The translations under genes were made by a program, and so were the position numbers. Source: the human T2T-CHM13v2.0 reference genome, Homo sapiens. From it: a DNA stretch of 64,000 nucleotides. Within the stretch, counting starts at the first letter, position 1, and each line of letters opens with the position of its first letter. The notes under the pieces were generated by a model. The model was not told the DNA's origin, did no database searches, and worked only from the letters and a program-made list of their open reading frames with translations. The DNA lies in assembly GCF_009914755.1 (NCBI RefSeq), contig NC_060939.1; one strand, 5' to 3'. This document shows, piece by piece, positions 12,500 through 32,500 of the stretch.

Positions 12500-13800
12500 A
12501 TTCAATAATAATAATTGATTGTGAATGTTCCAGGGACTACTCTAAATGCTCATGCACATAGCAGTGAACAAAATGTACAAAAATTCCTATGTGGAACTTA
12601 TATTCCAAAGGGAGACAACAGGTGTTAAATAAATAAGTAAACTATAGTATATTAGGGAGTGATGAGGAAACGTGGAGAAAAATTAGAAACGTCAGGTCAA
12701 TAGGGAGTGTGTGTGGGAGCTGGCAGAGGTGCATTTTACCCCCAGCCTTACTACGATGTAATTGACAAAAACAGTATACAGATTCACATGAGAAGAAAAA
12801 ACAATTCACAGAACTAGCATTTGACTGTTTGGTGAGACATTCTGGAGTTTAAGCTGTCATTTAAACCAGTTACGATTTTCCATAGGGAGCTACTCTGTCA
12901 CTTGGGTCTTTTCCCAGTTAAGCAAGGCTACTTTCCATGGAATCATTATCCAGTATATGAGGCTCACTTGGCACTTGTTCAATATGCGCTTGCCTTATAA
13001 TAGGTGATTGGATATTTTTTATTAAAAAACTATGCATTTGTGGCATACAAGATGATTTTTTGATATGTATACATGGTGAAATGATTAATTCAAACTAATT
13101 AACATTTATCACTTCTACATACTTTCATTTTATTGTGTGAGAACATTTAAAATCTCTTCTAAAAATTTCAAGTATACTTTTGGCCCTATGTTTCCATGAG
13201 TTCCACATTCAGGCATTCAACCAACTGGATAGAAACTATTAGTACAAAAAACCCACAAAAAATACAGTAAAAGCAATAAAAATAAAAAAATGCAGTATAA
13301 CAACTACTTATAAAACATTTATATTTTATTAGTATTATAAGTAATCTATAGATGATTTAAAGTGTATGGAAAAATATGTGTAGGTTACATGCAAATATAA
13401 AATGATATCATTTTATATAAGGGACTTGAACATCCCAGGATTTTGGTGTCCTTGGGGAGTCCTGGAACGAATCGCCCCCGATATTGCAGATATTTAGGGA
13501 CAATGGTATAACACATGACTGTTAACTACAGTCACTATGCTGTACAGTAGATCTCCAAAACTTATTCATTCTGTTTAGCTGAAACATTGTACCTTTTGAC
13601 CAATATCTCTCAATTCCCCTGAGTGGAATTTTCAATAGCTAGTCAGGAAAGGCCTCACCGAAAAGGTGATATTTGGTCAAAGATTTGAAGGGAGTGTTAG
13701 GGAAAGAAATATAAATATCTGGGAAAAGAGCATTCCAGGCAAAGGAGATGACATGTATAGGGACCACAAGGCAGGAGCATGCCTGCCATACTTGAGAGAC
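12500..13800 (-). mobile_element. L2a 3' region interrupted by an L1MA/MB 3' fragment (about 12745-13620)
   Basis: L2 motifs gcagtgaacaaaa and gtcaggaaaggcctcac...gagcattccaggc. L1M motif tgtacagtagatctcc...ctgaaacattgtacc. Confidence 0.65.
13177..13506 (-). mobile_element. MER2 (TcMar-Tigger) non-autonomous DNA transposon
   Basis: tataagtaatctatagatgatttaaag...taggttacatgcaaata...agggacttgaacatc...ggagtcctggaac; TA on both sides (13175, 13507). Confidence 0.8.
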
Positions 13801-13912
13801 AGTAAGGAATCTTCATCTTTTCCTCATGTCTTTCTCACCTCCAATATATTTAAATATGGCTTCCCCCCACCACACCCTTAAAATGGCCATTGCATAAATC
13901 ACCAATAACATT

Positions 13913-14320
13913 TGTGTTAGTCCATTTTACGTTGCTATAAAGGAATACCTGAGACTGAGTAATTTATAAAGAAAAGAGGTTTATTTGGCTCATGGTCCTG
14001 CAGTCAGTACAAGCATGGCATCAGCATCTGCTTAGCTTCTGAAGCCTAAGGAAACTTCTACTCATTGAAGAAAGCAAAGAGGGAGCAGTTGTGTCACATG
14101 GCAAGAAAGGGAGCTAGGTGGGGAGGGGGTTGTCCCATACTCTTTTTAACCATCAGATCTGATGGTAACTCTACTATGGGTAAAATGCAAACCCATTCCT
14201 GAGGGTTGGGTTGGATACCATCACCATCCCATGAGGGATTCACCTCCATAACACAGACACCTCCCACCAGGCACCCCCTCTGACACTGGGGATCACAATT
14301 CAGCCTGAGATTTGGAGGGT
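13913..14320 (-). mobile_element. MaLR LTR (MSTB-like), truncated at the right end
   Basis: tgtgttagtccatttt...gctataaaggaatacctgagactgagtaatttataaagaaaagaggttt...gagatttggaggg, directly abutting L1. Confidence 0.85.
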
Positions 14321-17300
14321 GCGTTGAATATAATGTGAGCTGTAGGCTTGTAATACATGGTCTTTATTATGTTGAAGTATATTTCTTCTAAACCAACTCT
14401 GTTGAGAATCTTTTCATGAAACAATGTTGAATTTTTCAAATGCTATTTCTGCATCTAATTAGATGATTATATAATTTTGGGCTTCATTTTGTTAATGTAT
14501 ATCACATTTATAGATGTATGTATGTTGATCCACCTTGTATCCTTGGGGTAAATCCACTTGAGCATGGTAAGTTATCTTTTTAACGTGCTGTTGAATTCAG
14601 TGTGCTAGTATTTGATTGAGGATTCTTTCATCTATGTTCATCAGGGATATTGGCCTATAATTTTTCTTTTCTTTTCTTTTCTTTTTCTTGTTCTTGTCTG
14701 GCCTTGGTGTCAGAGTAATGTTGGCCATGTAAAAAAAGTTTGGAAGTGAAGTATTCCTTCCTCTTAGATTTTTTTTGGAAGAGTTTAAGGATTGCTAATT
14801 ATTTCAGTGTTTGGTAGAATACAACAGTAAAGCTATTCTGGGCTTCTCTTTGATGGGAGACTTTATTACAATTCAATCTTCTTACTCATTTTTGGTCTGT
14901 TCATACTTTTTCTTCATGATTCAGTCTTGGTATCTTGCATGTATCTTGGAATTTATTTATTTCTTATACTTTATTCAATTTGTTACTGTACAATTTTTCA
15001 TAGTACTCTCTTATGAGCTTTTTTTTCTTATGAGCTTTTATATTTCTGTGGTATCAGTTGTAATGTCTCCCTTTTCACTTTTGATTGTATTAATATTTGA
15101 GTCCTTTCTTTTTTTTCCTTGGTCTGGCTAAAGGTTTGTTGATTTGTTTATCCTTCTGAAAAAACACTCTTTATTACATTGAGTTCTTTTCTATTGTAGT
15201 TTTAGTCTCTATTTTGTTTATTTCTATTCAGATCCTTGTTATTTCTTTCCTTCTGCTGACTTTGGGTTTAGTTTGTTCTTTTTTTATTAGTTACTAGAGT
15301 TGTAATATCAGGTTGTTTATTTTATATTTTCCTTTTTAAATTTTTATGGGTACACAGTGACTGTATATGTTTATGGGGTACATGAGATATTTTTCTACAG
15401 GCATACGGTGTATAATAATTACATCGCGGTAAATGGGATATTCATCACTTCAAACATTTACCCTTTCTTTGTGTTACAAACATGCAATTATGCTCTTTTA
15501 GTTATTTTTAAATGTACTATAAATTGTTTGGCTATAGTCACCTTGTTGTTCTATCAAATACTAGATCTTACTTATTCTATCTAACTGTATTTTTATGCTG
15601 ATTATCCATTCCTCCCCTTAACCCTACTATTCTTCCTAGTCTCTGGTAACCATTACTGTATTATCTATCTCCATAAATCCAGTTATTTTAAGTTTTAGCT
15701 CCCACAAATAAGTGAGAACATGGAAAATTTGTCTTTCTGTCCCTGGCTTATTTTATTTAACGTAATAACCTCCAGTTCTATCCATGTTGTTGCAAATAAC
15801 AGGATCTCATTCTTTTTCATGGCTGTATATTACTCGATTGTGTACATTAACCACATTTTCTTTATTCATCTGTTCATGGACAAACAGGTTGCTTCCAAAT
15901 CATGACTATTGTGAATAGTGCTGCAATATGCATGGGAGTGCAGGTATCTCTCAGATATCCTGATTTCCTTTCTTTTGTGTATATACCTACCAATGGCATT
16001 GCTGGGTCATATGGTAGCTCTATTTTTGTTTTTTTTGAGAAACCTCCAAACTGTTCTCCATAGTGATTGTACTAATTTACATTCCCACCAATAGTGGGTT
16101 CCCTTTTCTCCATATCCTAGCCACTATTTCTTACTGCCTGTCTTTTGGATATAAGCCATTTTAACTAGGGTTAGATGATTCGTCTTGTAGTTTTGGTTTG
16201 CATTTCCCTGATGAGCAATGATGCTGAGCACTTTTTCACATGCCTGTTTGCCATTTATGTGTCTTCTTCTGAGCAAGATCTTTTGCCCATTTTTAAATTG
16301 GATGATCAGAATTTTCCTATAGAGTTGTTTGAGTTCCTTATATATTCTGGTTATTAATCCCTTGCCAGATGGATAGTTTACAAATATTTTCTCCTATTTT
16401 ATGATTGTCTTTTCAACATCAATTGAAATGATCCTATGGTTTTTGTTTTTAACTTTATGTGATGAATCACATTTATTGATTTGCATATGTTGAATCATCC
16501 TAACATTTCTAGAATAAAACTCAATCGATCATGGTGAATTAAATTTTTAATGTGCTGTTGGATTTAGTTTGTTAGTATTTTGTTGAGGATTTTTGCAGCA
16601 GTGTTCATCAGGGATATTGGTCTGTAGTTTTCTTTTGTTGATATGTCTCTTTCTGGTTTTATATCAGAGTAATACTGGCCTAATAGAATGAATTTGGATG
16701 TATTCTGTGTTCCTATATTTTTTGGAATAGTTTGAATAGTGTTGGTATTAATTCCTCTATAATATTTGGTAAAATTCAGCAGAGAAGCCACCATGTCCTG
16801 GGATTTTCTTCGCTGGGAGACTTTTTATTAGGGCTTTGATCTCATTACTTGTTATTGGTTTGTTCAGGTTTTGGATTTCTTCATGGCTCAAACCTCATAG
16901 GTTGTATGTATCTAAGAATTTATCTATTTTATCTGGATTTTCCGGTTTATTGGCATATGGTTGCAAGTGATCCTTTTAATTTCTGCAGTATTGGTTTTAT
17001 GTCTTAATTTTATTTATTTGGGTCTTTTCACTTTTTCTCTTAGGTAAAGTTTTGTTGATTTTGTTCATCTTTTCAAAAAACAAACTTTTCATTTTGTTGA
17101 TCTTCTGTATTGTATGCTTTGTTTCCATTTCATTTATTACTACTCTGATCTTTATTATTTATTTTCTCCTAATAATTTGGGTTTGTTTGCTTTTGCTTTT
17201 TTAGTTTTTAAAGATACATCACTAGGTTATTTGAAATTTTTCTACTTTTTTGGTGTAGGCACTTGTAGCTATAAACTTTCACTTGCCAGGTTTTGGTATC

Positions 17301-19249
17301 AAAGAGATGCTGGCTTCATAGAATGAGTTAGGGGGGAGTCCATTCTCCTCATTTTTGGGAATAGTTTAAGTAGAGTTGATACTAGCTCTTCTTTGTATGC
17401 ATGGTAGAATTTGGCTGTGAAACCATCTGGTCTAGGACTTTTTTGGTAGGTAGATTTTTATTGCTGCTTCTATTTTGGACCTTAATATTGGTCTTTTAGG
17501 GTTTTAATTTCTCCCAGATTCAATCTTGGGAGGTTGTTTCCAGAAATTAATCAATTTCCTCTAGATTTAGTAGTTTGTGTTCATAGAGGTGTTCCTAATA
17601 GTCTTGGAGGATATTCTGTATTTATCGGATCATCTGTAATGTCACCTTTGTCATTTCTTAATGTGATTATTTGAATCTTCTCTCTCTCTTCCTCTTGCTC
17701 TCGCTCTCTCTCTGTTACTGTAGCTGGCAGCCCATCAATCTTGTTTATCCTTTTAAGGAATCAACTTTTGGTTTCATTGATTCTTGGTATTAATTTTCTG
17801 GTGTATTTCAATCAGGTCTGCTCTGGTTTTAGTTATTTTTTTTTTCTGCTAGCTTTGTTTTAGCTTTTCTAGCTATTCTGTTGGATGCTAGGTCATTAAT
17901 TTGAGGTATATCTAACTTTCTGCAGTAATTGTTTGGTGCTATAAACTTTTCTCTTAACACTGCTTTTGCTGCATCCCAGAGATCTTGGCATATAGTGTCT
18001 CTGTTTTCAGTTATTTCAAAGACTTTTTTGATTTCTGCCTTAATTTCATTGTTCACCCAGAAGTCATTCAGGAGCAAGTCACTTAATTTCCATGTAGTTG
18101 TGTAGTGTTGGGTGATGTTTTTAGTCTTTATTTTTATATGATATACTATTCTAAGCTGACAACAATCACAACTGTATGCTTTATTTGCCAACAACAGCCG
18201 TACACTTTATTTCTCCTCTCCCACATTTTACGATTTTGATGTCAAAATATACATCATTTTCTTATGTGTATCCATTGACTATTTTTGCTCTATGTGTTTT
18301 AATAGATTTGTCTTTTAACCATTGTACTATAGGAAAAAATTGCTTTACACATCATCATTACAGTCTTAGAATATTCTGGATATGACTTTGTATTTCTTAT
18401 CCCATTGCATTTGTGTTCTCATATGTTTTATATTTTTAATTAGCAGCCTTTTAATTCAGCTCAAAGAACTTCCTTTAGTAATTCTCTTAAGACATATTTA
18501 GTGGTGATGAACTCTCATAGCTTTTGTTTGTCTGGAAAAGTTTTTGCTTTTCTCTCATTTGCCAAGGACAACTTTGCTGGGTTAAGTAGACTTGTTGGCC
18601 TTGTTTTTTCCCTTCAGCACTTTGAATACATTATCCTACTCTCTCCTGGTCTCCTGAGATTTTGTTGAGAAATCCAGTGACAGCTATTTTGATATTCCCT
18701 TCTATGTGATATGCTTCTAATTACTTGCTGTTTTCAAAATGTTTTCTTTTTCTTTAATTTTTGGTATTTGAATTATTGTACATCTTGGATAACTCCTATT
18801 TGGCTTAAACTTGTTTGGATAACTCTGCATTTGCTGTGTTTAGATGTTAGCAACTTTCTCCAGATTTGGTAGTTTTTTAGAATTTCTTCTTCAGATATGC
18901 TTTCTGGTCTCTTTTCTATTTCTTTTCTTTCTGAAAACTCCTATTAGATGAATATTAGGTCTTAATAGTTTCCCTTCATATCCAGAGTCTGTCTGTATTC
19001 TTTTTCAATCTTTTTAATTTTTTCTCTTCTGACTGAATTATTTTAAATGTTTTGTCTCTAGCTTATTGATTGTTTCCCTTCTGCTTGATTGAGCCTGTTC
19101 TTAGAGCTTTCTATTGCATTTTCCTTTCAGTCATTTTATTCTTTAAGATTTCTATATTTTTATTATTCCTATTTGTCAAACATGTTATATTGTTTATTAT
19201 TTTTCAATTTTTTTAATTATCTACTCTTATATTATTGTAGTTCACTAAA
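14321..19249 (-). mobile_element. Nested or fused older L1 fragments (L1M/L1MA/L1PB)
   Basis: ORF2 pieces at about 14320-15325, 16405-17280 and 17280-18130 ([23 protein letters not shown]); an L1MA-type 3' end at about 15330-16405; an ORF1-type region at about 18130-19249. Confidence 0.8.
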
Positions 19250-23765
<4,516 letters not shown>

Positions 23766-24159
23766 GAATCTGCATTTTGAAAAGATCCATACGTGATGGT
23801 GATTGATATGGATATTAAAGTTGAGAACTACTAGGTTAAACATCTGTTTTCATGTGAAACATGAAAAATAAGCTAGATTTTGAGTTGCAATTATAGGGTA
23901 ATACACATTTTTCAACTTTTTCATCTTTAATCTTGTTCATAAGAGGCTGCAACTGATCCAAAAACAACTTATTCCCAGGCTATAGCAAAGGTTTTCAAAC
24001 TCAAACAATGTAGAATTACAAAATGTAGAGTTCACATCTTCTCTGGCTAAGATAATGTTGACTAATGAAAATAATGGTAGATTGGAAAATCTATTTGAGT
24101 TACTATACTTTCTTGTACCTAAGATAAAATACCCATATGATGATTATTGTTAATCCTCT

Positions 24160-25060
24160 ACAGAAACATGATGAAAAGAAGTTTTAGTTGAGCAGAGGAG
24201 ATAGAAAGCAAGATCACAGGGGGTTGGGGAGTGAATATGAAATGAAGAAGTAGAGGTTGACTATACTCTTTCATGTCACTTGGCACCCTCCAAAGTAAAA
24301 GGAATTTGATGTAATCAATTTGCCACCCATTGCTGGCTGGTTTTCTCAAAGATTGGTGCCATATTGAGGGCTTAACATTGGTTTCTCATCGAGGCTGCAT
24401 CTTCAGTGGCTCAGTGATTTGTCACCAACCTTGGTAAGATAATGCCTGTATTTTTTGGCACGTGCATATTTTCCATTTATACAGCTTTCTTTATATTCCC
24501 TTTTATAAGCTCTGAGGTGAATGAAATCAGAGCTGACTGACATTTTTAGATGACTCATTCTTTTCACTTAGCTATTGAGTGCCTCCACTCTGGAGGATAC
24601 TCTCTAATGGGCACAGAGTTGAGAAACAAAGATCTGCATACTTTGTGCTTATTCTCATAGGCCCATACATAGGCCTCCACCTCAAATTTCATTAAATCTG
24701 ATTTTTCTGTATTTTGAGGGGGTTTGCTTAGTGAAACTTTTTTACAACAATCATTATACTACACATATCCTTATCTTGCATAGCAAGCTATTTCTCCCAA
24801 CATTCAAAGTGGACAACTAAGTATATTGCTACCGAATCATTGGCTTACGAGGATTTCCTCCACCACTACATTCTATGGCTACCCTGGAGAGGCGTTAAGC
24901 TGCAGCATTAGTCAGTTTTTATCTTGTCTAAGTGTAGATTCAGACAATCCATTTGTGATCCAAGCCTGAGGCTCTTTCTTCATTTATTAGCTGGTTGTGT
25001 GAAATACCATGAAGCCATAGGTATGAACTGAGGAAGAGATATTGTCACAATGAAGGCATG
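24160..25060 (-). mobile_element. ERVL/MaLR internal pol remnant (RNase H to integrase)
   Basis: GWQIDYI (ORF 24158-24349) resembles the integrase WQxDY motif. QAWITNG at about 24970-24950 resembles RNase H AWFTDG. Confidence 0.6.
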
Positions 25061-26455
25061 TTTGTATCTTATGGAAATGCTTTTTACTGTATCTAATAGT
25101 TTTCAATTCATTCTATCAAGTGCCAGCAAGCTCAATATGAGATAGAATTTAATATTGGTAAGATAAGATTGGTTAATGATCAATTTGAAGATAATTACAA
25201 ATATGGGCACTGTGCACATTTATAACAGTTGAGATTATATTTTATTAAGAATTTCTATCATTTTTTCTCATATAATTAAGAAATATAAACAAAACTGGCA
25301 TGGACAGGTGAAACTCAGTGTTAAATTTATCAGCACTTTAAAGAGATCCCACCGTTGAAGTCAGTTTGAATGAAGTTCTAAATTGTTTGTATTTTCTTCC
25401 TATATAAAAGAGGTTTTCAGGCAAGTATTTAGCTATTTAATTTACATTTCACATGTGAGGTATAATAAAACAACCACTCTTTTCCCCAGAACTCATATAA
25501 ATCCTGCCTTTCAAACCCAGAAAATATTCTCAACTCAGCTTCCTTGTGACACAAAAACTAATTGCAGTTGCACCTCATTTTTTGGAGCAAATAGCTATGA
25601 TGGCTTACAAATTAAAATTCTGTAAACTACATTTCATATTGTGATTCCTTTTCATTAAGTTTTTGAGAGTTGTATTTGAAAAAATGGCATAGAACGAAAC
25701 AAAAGTCAAAATTAAAGCAAGATATTAGTCAAATATTTTATAAAATGGATTTTAAGAGTTTTATTTTAGTACTGTCCAGCAGTACTCAAATAAGTCACAC
25801 AGTATTAATACTAAATTAGTTATGGTATCAAATCCTGTGTTTAAACTGGGTTTACAACAAAGAAAGCTATATCCTGAGTAATGCTCACCTTTTTGTTTAG
25901 GTCTTTGCTGCACTATATTCCAGGTAACGAATCTGCTTTAAATTCCTAATTCTTGGTTGTGTACTCTCTGAAAAAACACTGAATATCAAACTAAGGCTAT
26001 TAGTCTATTTATATAATGTAAAGACCACTTGCTACATTTTGACAAGCTGGACTACTTAAAACTTGGCTCTTTTTCAGCCAGTATCTCTTAGTGGAAATGA
26101 TTGGATTATAGTGTTAATTGTGAGAGCAGTCTATGATATCTGTCACATGTGTTACCAATTGCCTTAGCTCAGTAATACAAAAAGGACGTCTGCATTCTTT
26201 TTAAAAAGTTGAGTTACATATACACGTTCTGATTAGCATAGACATAGAATTTTACATACGTATTATTCACTTCAACAGAAAATCTAATTCACTGTTGAAA
26301 CATTCTTAAATAAGACCACAGTAATGCAGATTGTGGTGAGTGGTGTTTAAGATGTTAATGGCTCATTATTATAGCAGTTCTTAAATAAAACAATAAATTT
26401 GTAGACAAATATTCATGTATAATAAAGTTAATTTGATAAATGAAAATTCTCTTAT

Positions 26456-27417
26456 TTATATTTTATTAACATCTTTTCCAGTCCTGAAGATTTTCCTCAG
26501 ATAATCTTTCATCTCTTTGTTCCTGAGACTATATATTAGAGGATTACAGAGTGGTGTTATCACAGAATAGAACAAGGTAATGATTTTTTCATTTTTACTG
26601 GGTGTGCTGATCCAGGACTAACATACATCACCATGATAGAGCCATAAAATAAGGTGACAACTGCCAAATGAGAGGCACAAGTGGAGAAAGCTTTTCGTTT
26701 GCCAGCCTCTGAAGGCATCCGTATTATAGCCAGAATCACCAGAGCATAGGAACAAAGGATAAAGAGAAAGTTGCCAATTATGAAGACAGAATTGAATGTG
26801 GAGTAAATGAGCTGGGTGATGATGATGTCTTCAGAACAGGACAGCATCTTCAATGGGACGGGATCACAAATAAAATGGTTGATAATATTTGGGCCACAGC
26901 AGGATAGCTGTGAAATGAGAATCACCAGAGTTAGGAAGATTACAAAGACACATGACCATGCAAAAATGATGAGGCCAGTGCATACTTGTTTAGTCATGAT
27001 GCATGGATAACGTAGAGGGCGGCAGATGGCAAGATACCTGTCAAAGGCCGTGATGCAAAGGAAGAAGCCCTCATCATACCCCAAAGAGAAGAAGTAGAAC
27101 TGTGCAAAACAACTCATGAATGAGATGGACTTGCTTGTGGAGAGGAAGTTGGCCAGCAGTTTAGTTGCAGTAACATAACATATTTCCAGGAGAGAGAAAT
27201 TTCCCAAGAGGGTGTACATGGGAGTGTGAAGGTGCTGGTCCTACCACACAGCACAGACAATGGCTGCATTTCCCATCGGGGTGAGAGTATAGGCTACTGA
27301 GAAGAGACCGAAGTAGAGGAGCTGCATTTCTGGGCTTGAGGGAAAGCCCATGAGGATAAGGCAGCTAACAAAATTGATAGTTTCCATGCTGAACACATTC
27401 ATTAGTCTGGAAGACAT
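26456..27417 (-). pseudogene. OR11K1P: Olfactory receptor family 11K pseudogene (nonsense codon plus frameshift)
   Basis: LILMGF...GNAAIVCAVW*DQHLHTPMY with TAG at 27241-27243; AFDRYLAICRPLRY; KAFSTCASHL; a -1 frameshift in the A-run at about 26585. The shifted frame continues [17 protein letters not shown] to TAA at 26456. Symbol inferred from synteny. Confidence 0.88.
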
Positions 27418-27434
27418 GGAGATGGCAGAGGTAA

Positions 27435-27450
27435 CTGAAACATGAAAGGG
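27435..27450 (-). promoter_or_regulatory. Putative splice acceptor of the OR11K coding exon
   Basis: ccctttcatgtttcAG|ttacctctgccatctccATG. Confidence 0.55.
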
Positions 27451-29594
27451 AGCGTGCTGTTTCTTCTTGGAAACAACCAAAATTCTTCATCATGTATATT
27501 ATAAAGTAGTAAACAATTAGACTTTTGTTTAAACAACAAAACTGTGACTTTCATGACTCAATTCCTACACATGTTTATTTTAATAAATCACAACAATAGA
27601 AGGGAAAATATGAATTGTGGAGAGTTTTTTTTCTTGCTAAGAACACTAGACTTGAAACCAGGAATGCAAATTTTGTGATTCCAATAAATTACCTATATAC
27701 AATGGGTCTACTCTTTCTTCTGTTTACCTGCATTATTGATACTGTATTTATCTGGGTATGTAGTTCTTTCAACAGTACTATGAATACCTGATTCATTATT
27801 ATTAGTGGTATAAAAATAAAATACAAAACCAAGATATTTAAAAATACTCTTTCTCAATATAGTGCCATGCCAGGGCACAAATTAATATTTACTTTCAATT
27901 TCAGCTACTCCCGGTTACTTGTAGTGTTTTAAAGTGGTAATAAGAAAGAACTCTGTCATTAGAGAATATATGGTCTTTTATGCTGTTTCATGTATCTGTA
28001 CCAATGTTTAGCATAAAAAATACATTCTTTCATTTTCAGGCAGCTGGATACGCTATATGCTGTGAGGAAGCGTGCCATACTTTGGCTCTTAAATTGCTCT
28101 GACTAAATATTTTTATATGCTTCCAGGTGAATGTAAGAACTTCATATGCCTATTATGACATTGACCTTAGGGAGAACAGCTGGTCTGCGTGACTGTGGCC
28201 AAGTTCAATGTGCTTGTTTTTTGTTAACCATGGTCAAGTCAGCTGCAGGAAAATAAGAAAGGCAGATAAAGTTTATATTACAAAAGTTTCCATGTTTTTT
28301 ATTCACTGCTTTCTTCCACATGTTCCTTTTCTTCCTTTGACCTTTGGTGTTATTTTGCATCTCACTGTGGTTGTTTTCTGAGGCCTTTCCTATCTAGGCA
28401 AATCCGAAACATAAAACTTTTCCCCTGATTACCCTCCGGTTAACTTCTAGCCCAAATAACAACAAAAACAAGAAAAAGTCATATGAGCTGAAGATTTTTG
28501 TTTCTTAAATAATAACTAATTTGTATAATACCAAGTCTTATTAATGTAATGGAACTGAAAAATCAGTATTTGGGCTTAAGAAAGAAAATATTGCTGGAAA
28601 GAGAAATATGCCATATTTCTTCTGCTCACCAAGTAACAAAAATTGCCAAAATATACCCTTCTCCAGCAATTCATCAGTTAATATACATCTTCACTTGAAA
28701 TACTATTCTTTTTGTATATATGGCTATTCATATTTTAAAGGGATATGAACCATAATTGGAAAATATTTTCCAGATTTCAGGGAAACAAGAAGAAAAACTT
28801 ATATTTTTCAGCTTCATTCTTTGCCAGCTTTTCATTCTGAGATATATTTTTAGTTTTCTCAAAGACAAGAAGAAAACATTTTCTATGATTTTTGCAAAAA
28901 AAACTGGGTGACTCACATGTTATATACTTCCCATTCGCTCTTTGAGTGAATGCTGAGAAGGTCAGGGACAGGAGACAAAATATTATTCCCCAGAGCCAAA
29001 GACATGTGAAGAACTTCCAAGAAATTGCATGATCCTGTTTGTTATCTCTCATGGGTTGCAAAAAGTAAACCCTAAAAGATTTTCCCCACCTTCAAAGCAT
29101 ATATTAATGGTCAAAATGCAAGCTCAAGTGAGTGTATTATATATATCTATTTACTTGCACTATAGCCTTTTGGGACTTGGAGCTCTGTCTCTCTTGGGAT
29201 ATTTTGATAGTGTTTGTTTAAAAGAGGATAACATTTTGAATTTTCACAATCAAAAGCCAGTTCTTACTGTCCCCTAAAGAATAGTGAAAATGTAGAAGCA
29301 GATCTTATCTTTTCTTTCTTCTTTCGTGTTCATGTATTGTCAAAACTTCCTGAGGAATAATTAAGTAGTAAAAGGGATTGTCATTTTAGCTACAGTGGTT
29401 AGCTTTACCATAATACTCTCTAGATCTATTTTGAAGAAAAATCATTCTCTGGTCATCAAATATTTGTACCTGCAGAGTTATTAGAGATATTTGAGTTGAA
29501 TTTTATGTAGAGCACAAGAAATTTGATTGACATTTAGTTATTCCACAGATATTTACTGAATGCCTACTGGATACTCAAACATATACTATATATA

Positions 29595-32500
<2,906 letters not shown>

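Noticed and set aside
26560-27219. 219-aa ORF as a functional OR
   Set aside because: It lacks TM1 (upstream stop) and TM7 (frameshift).
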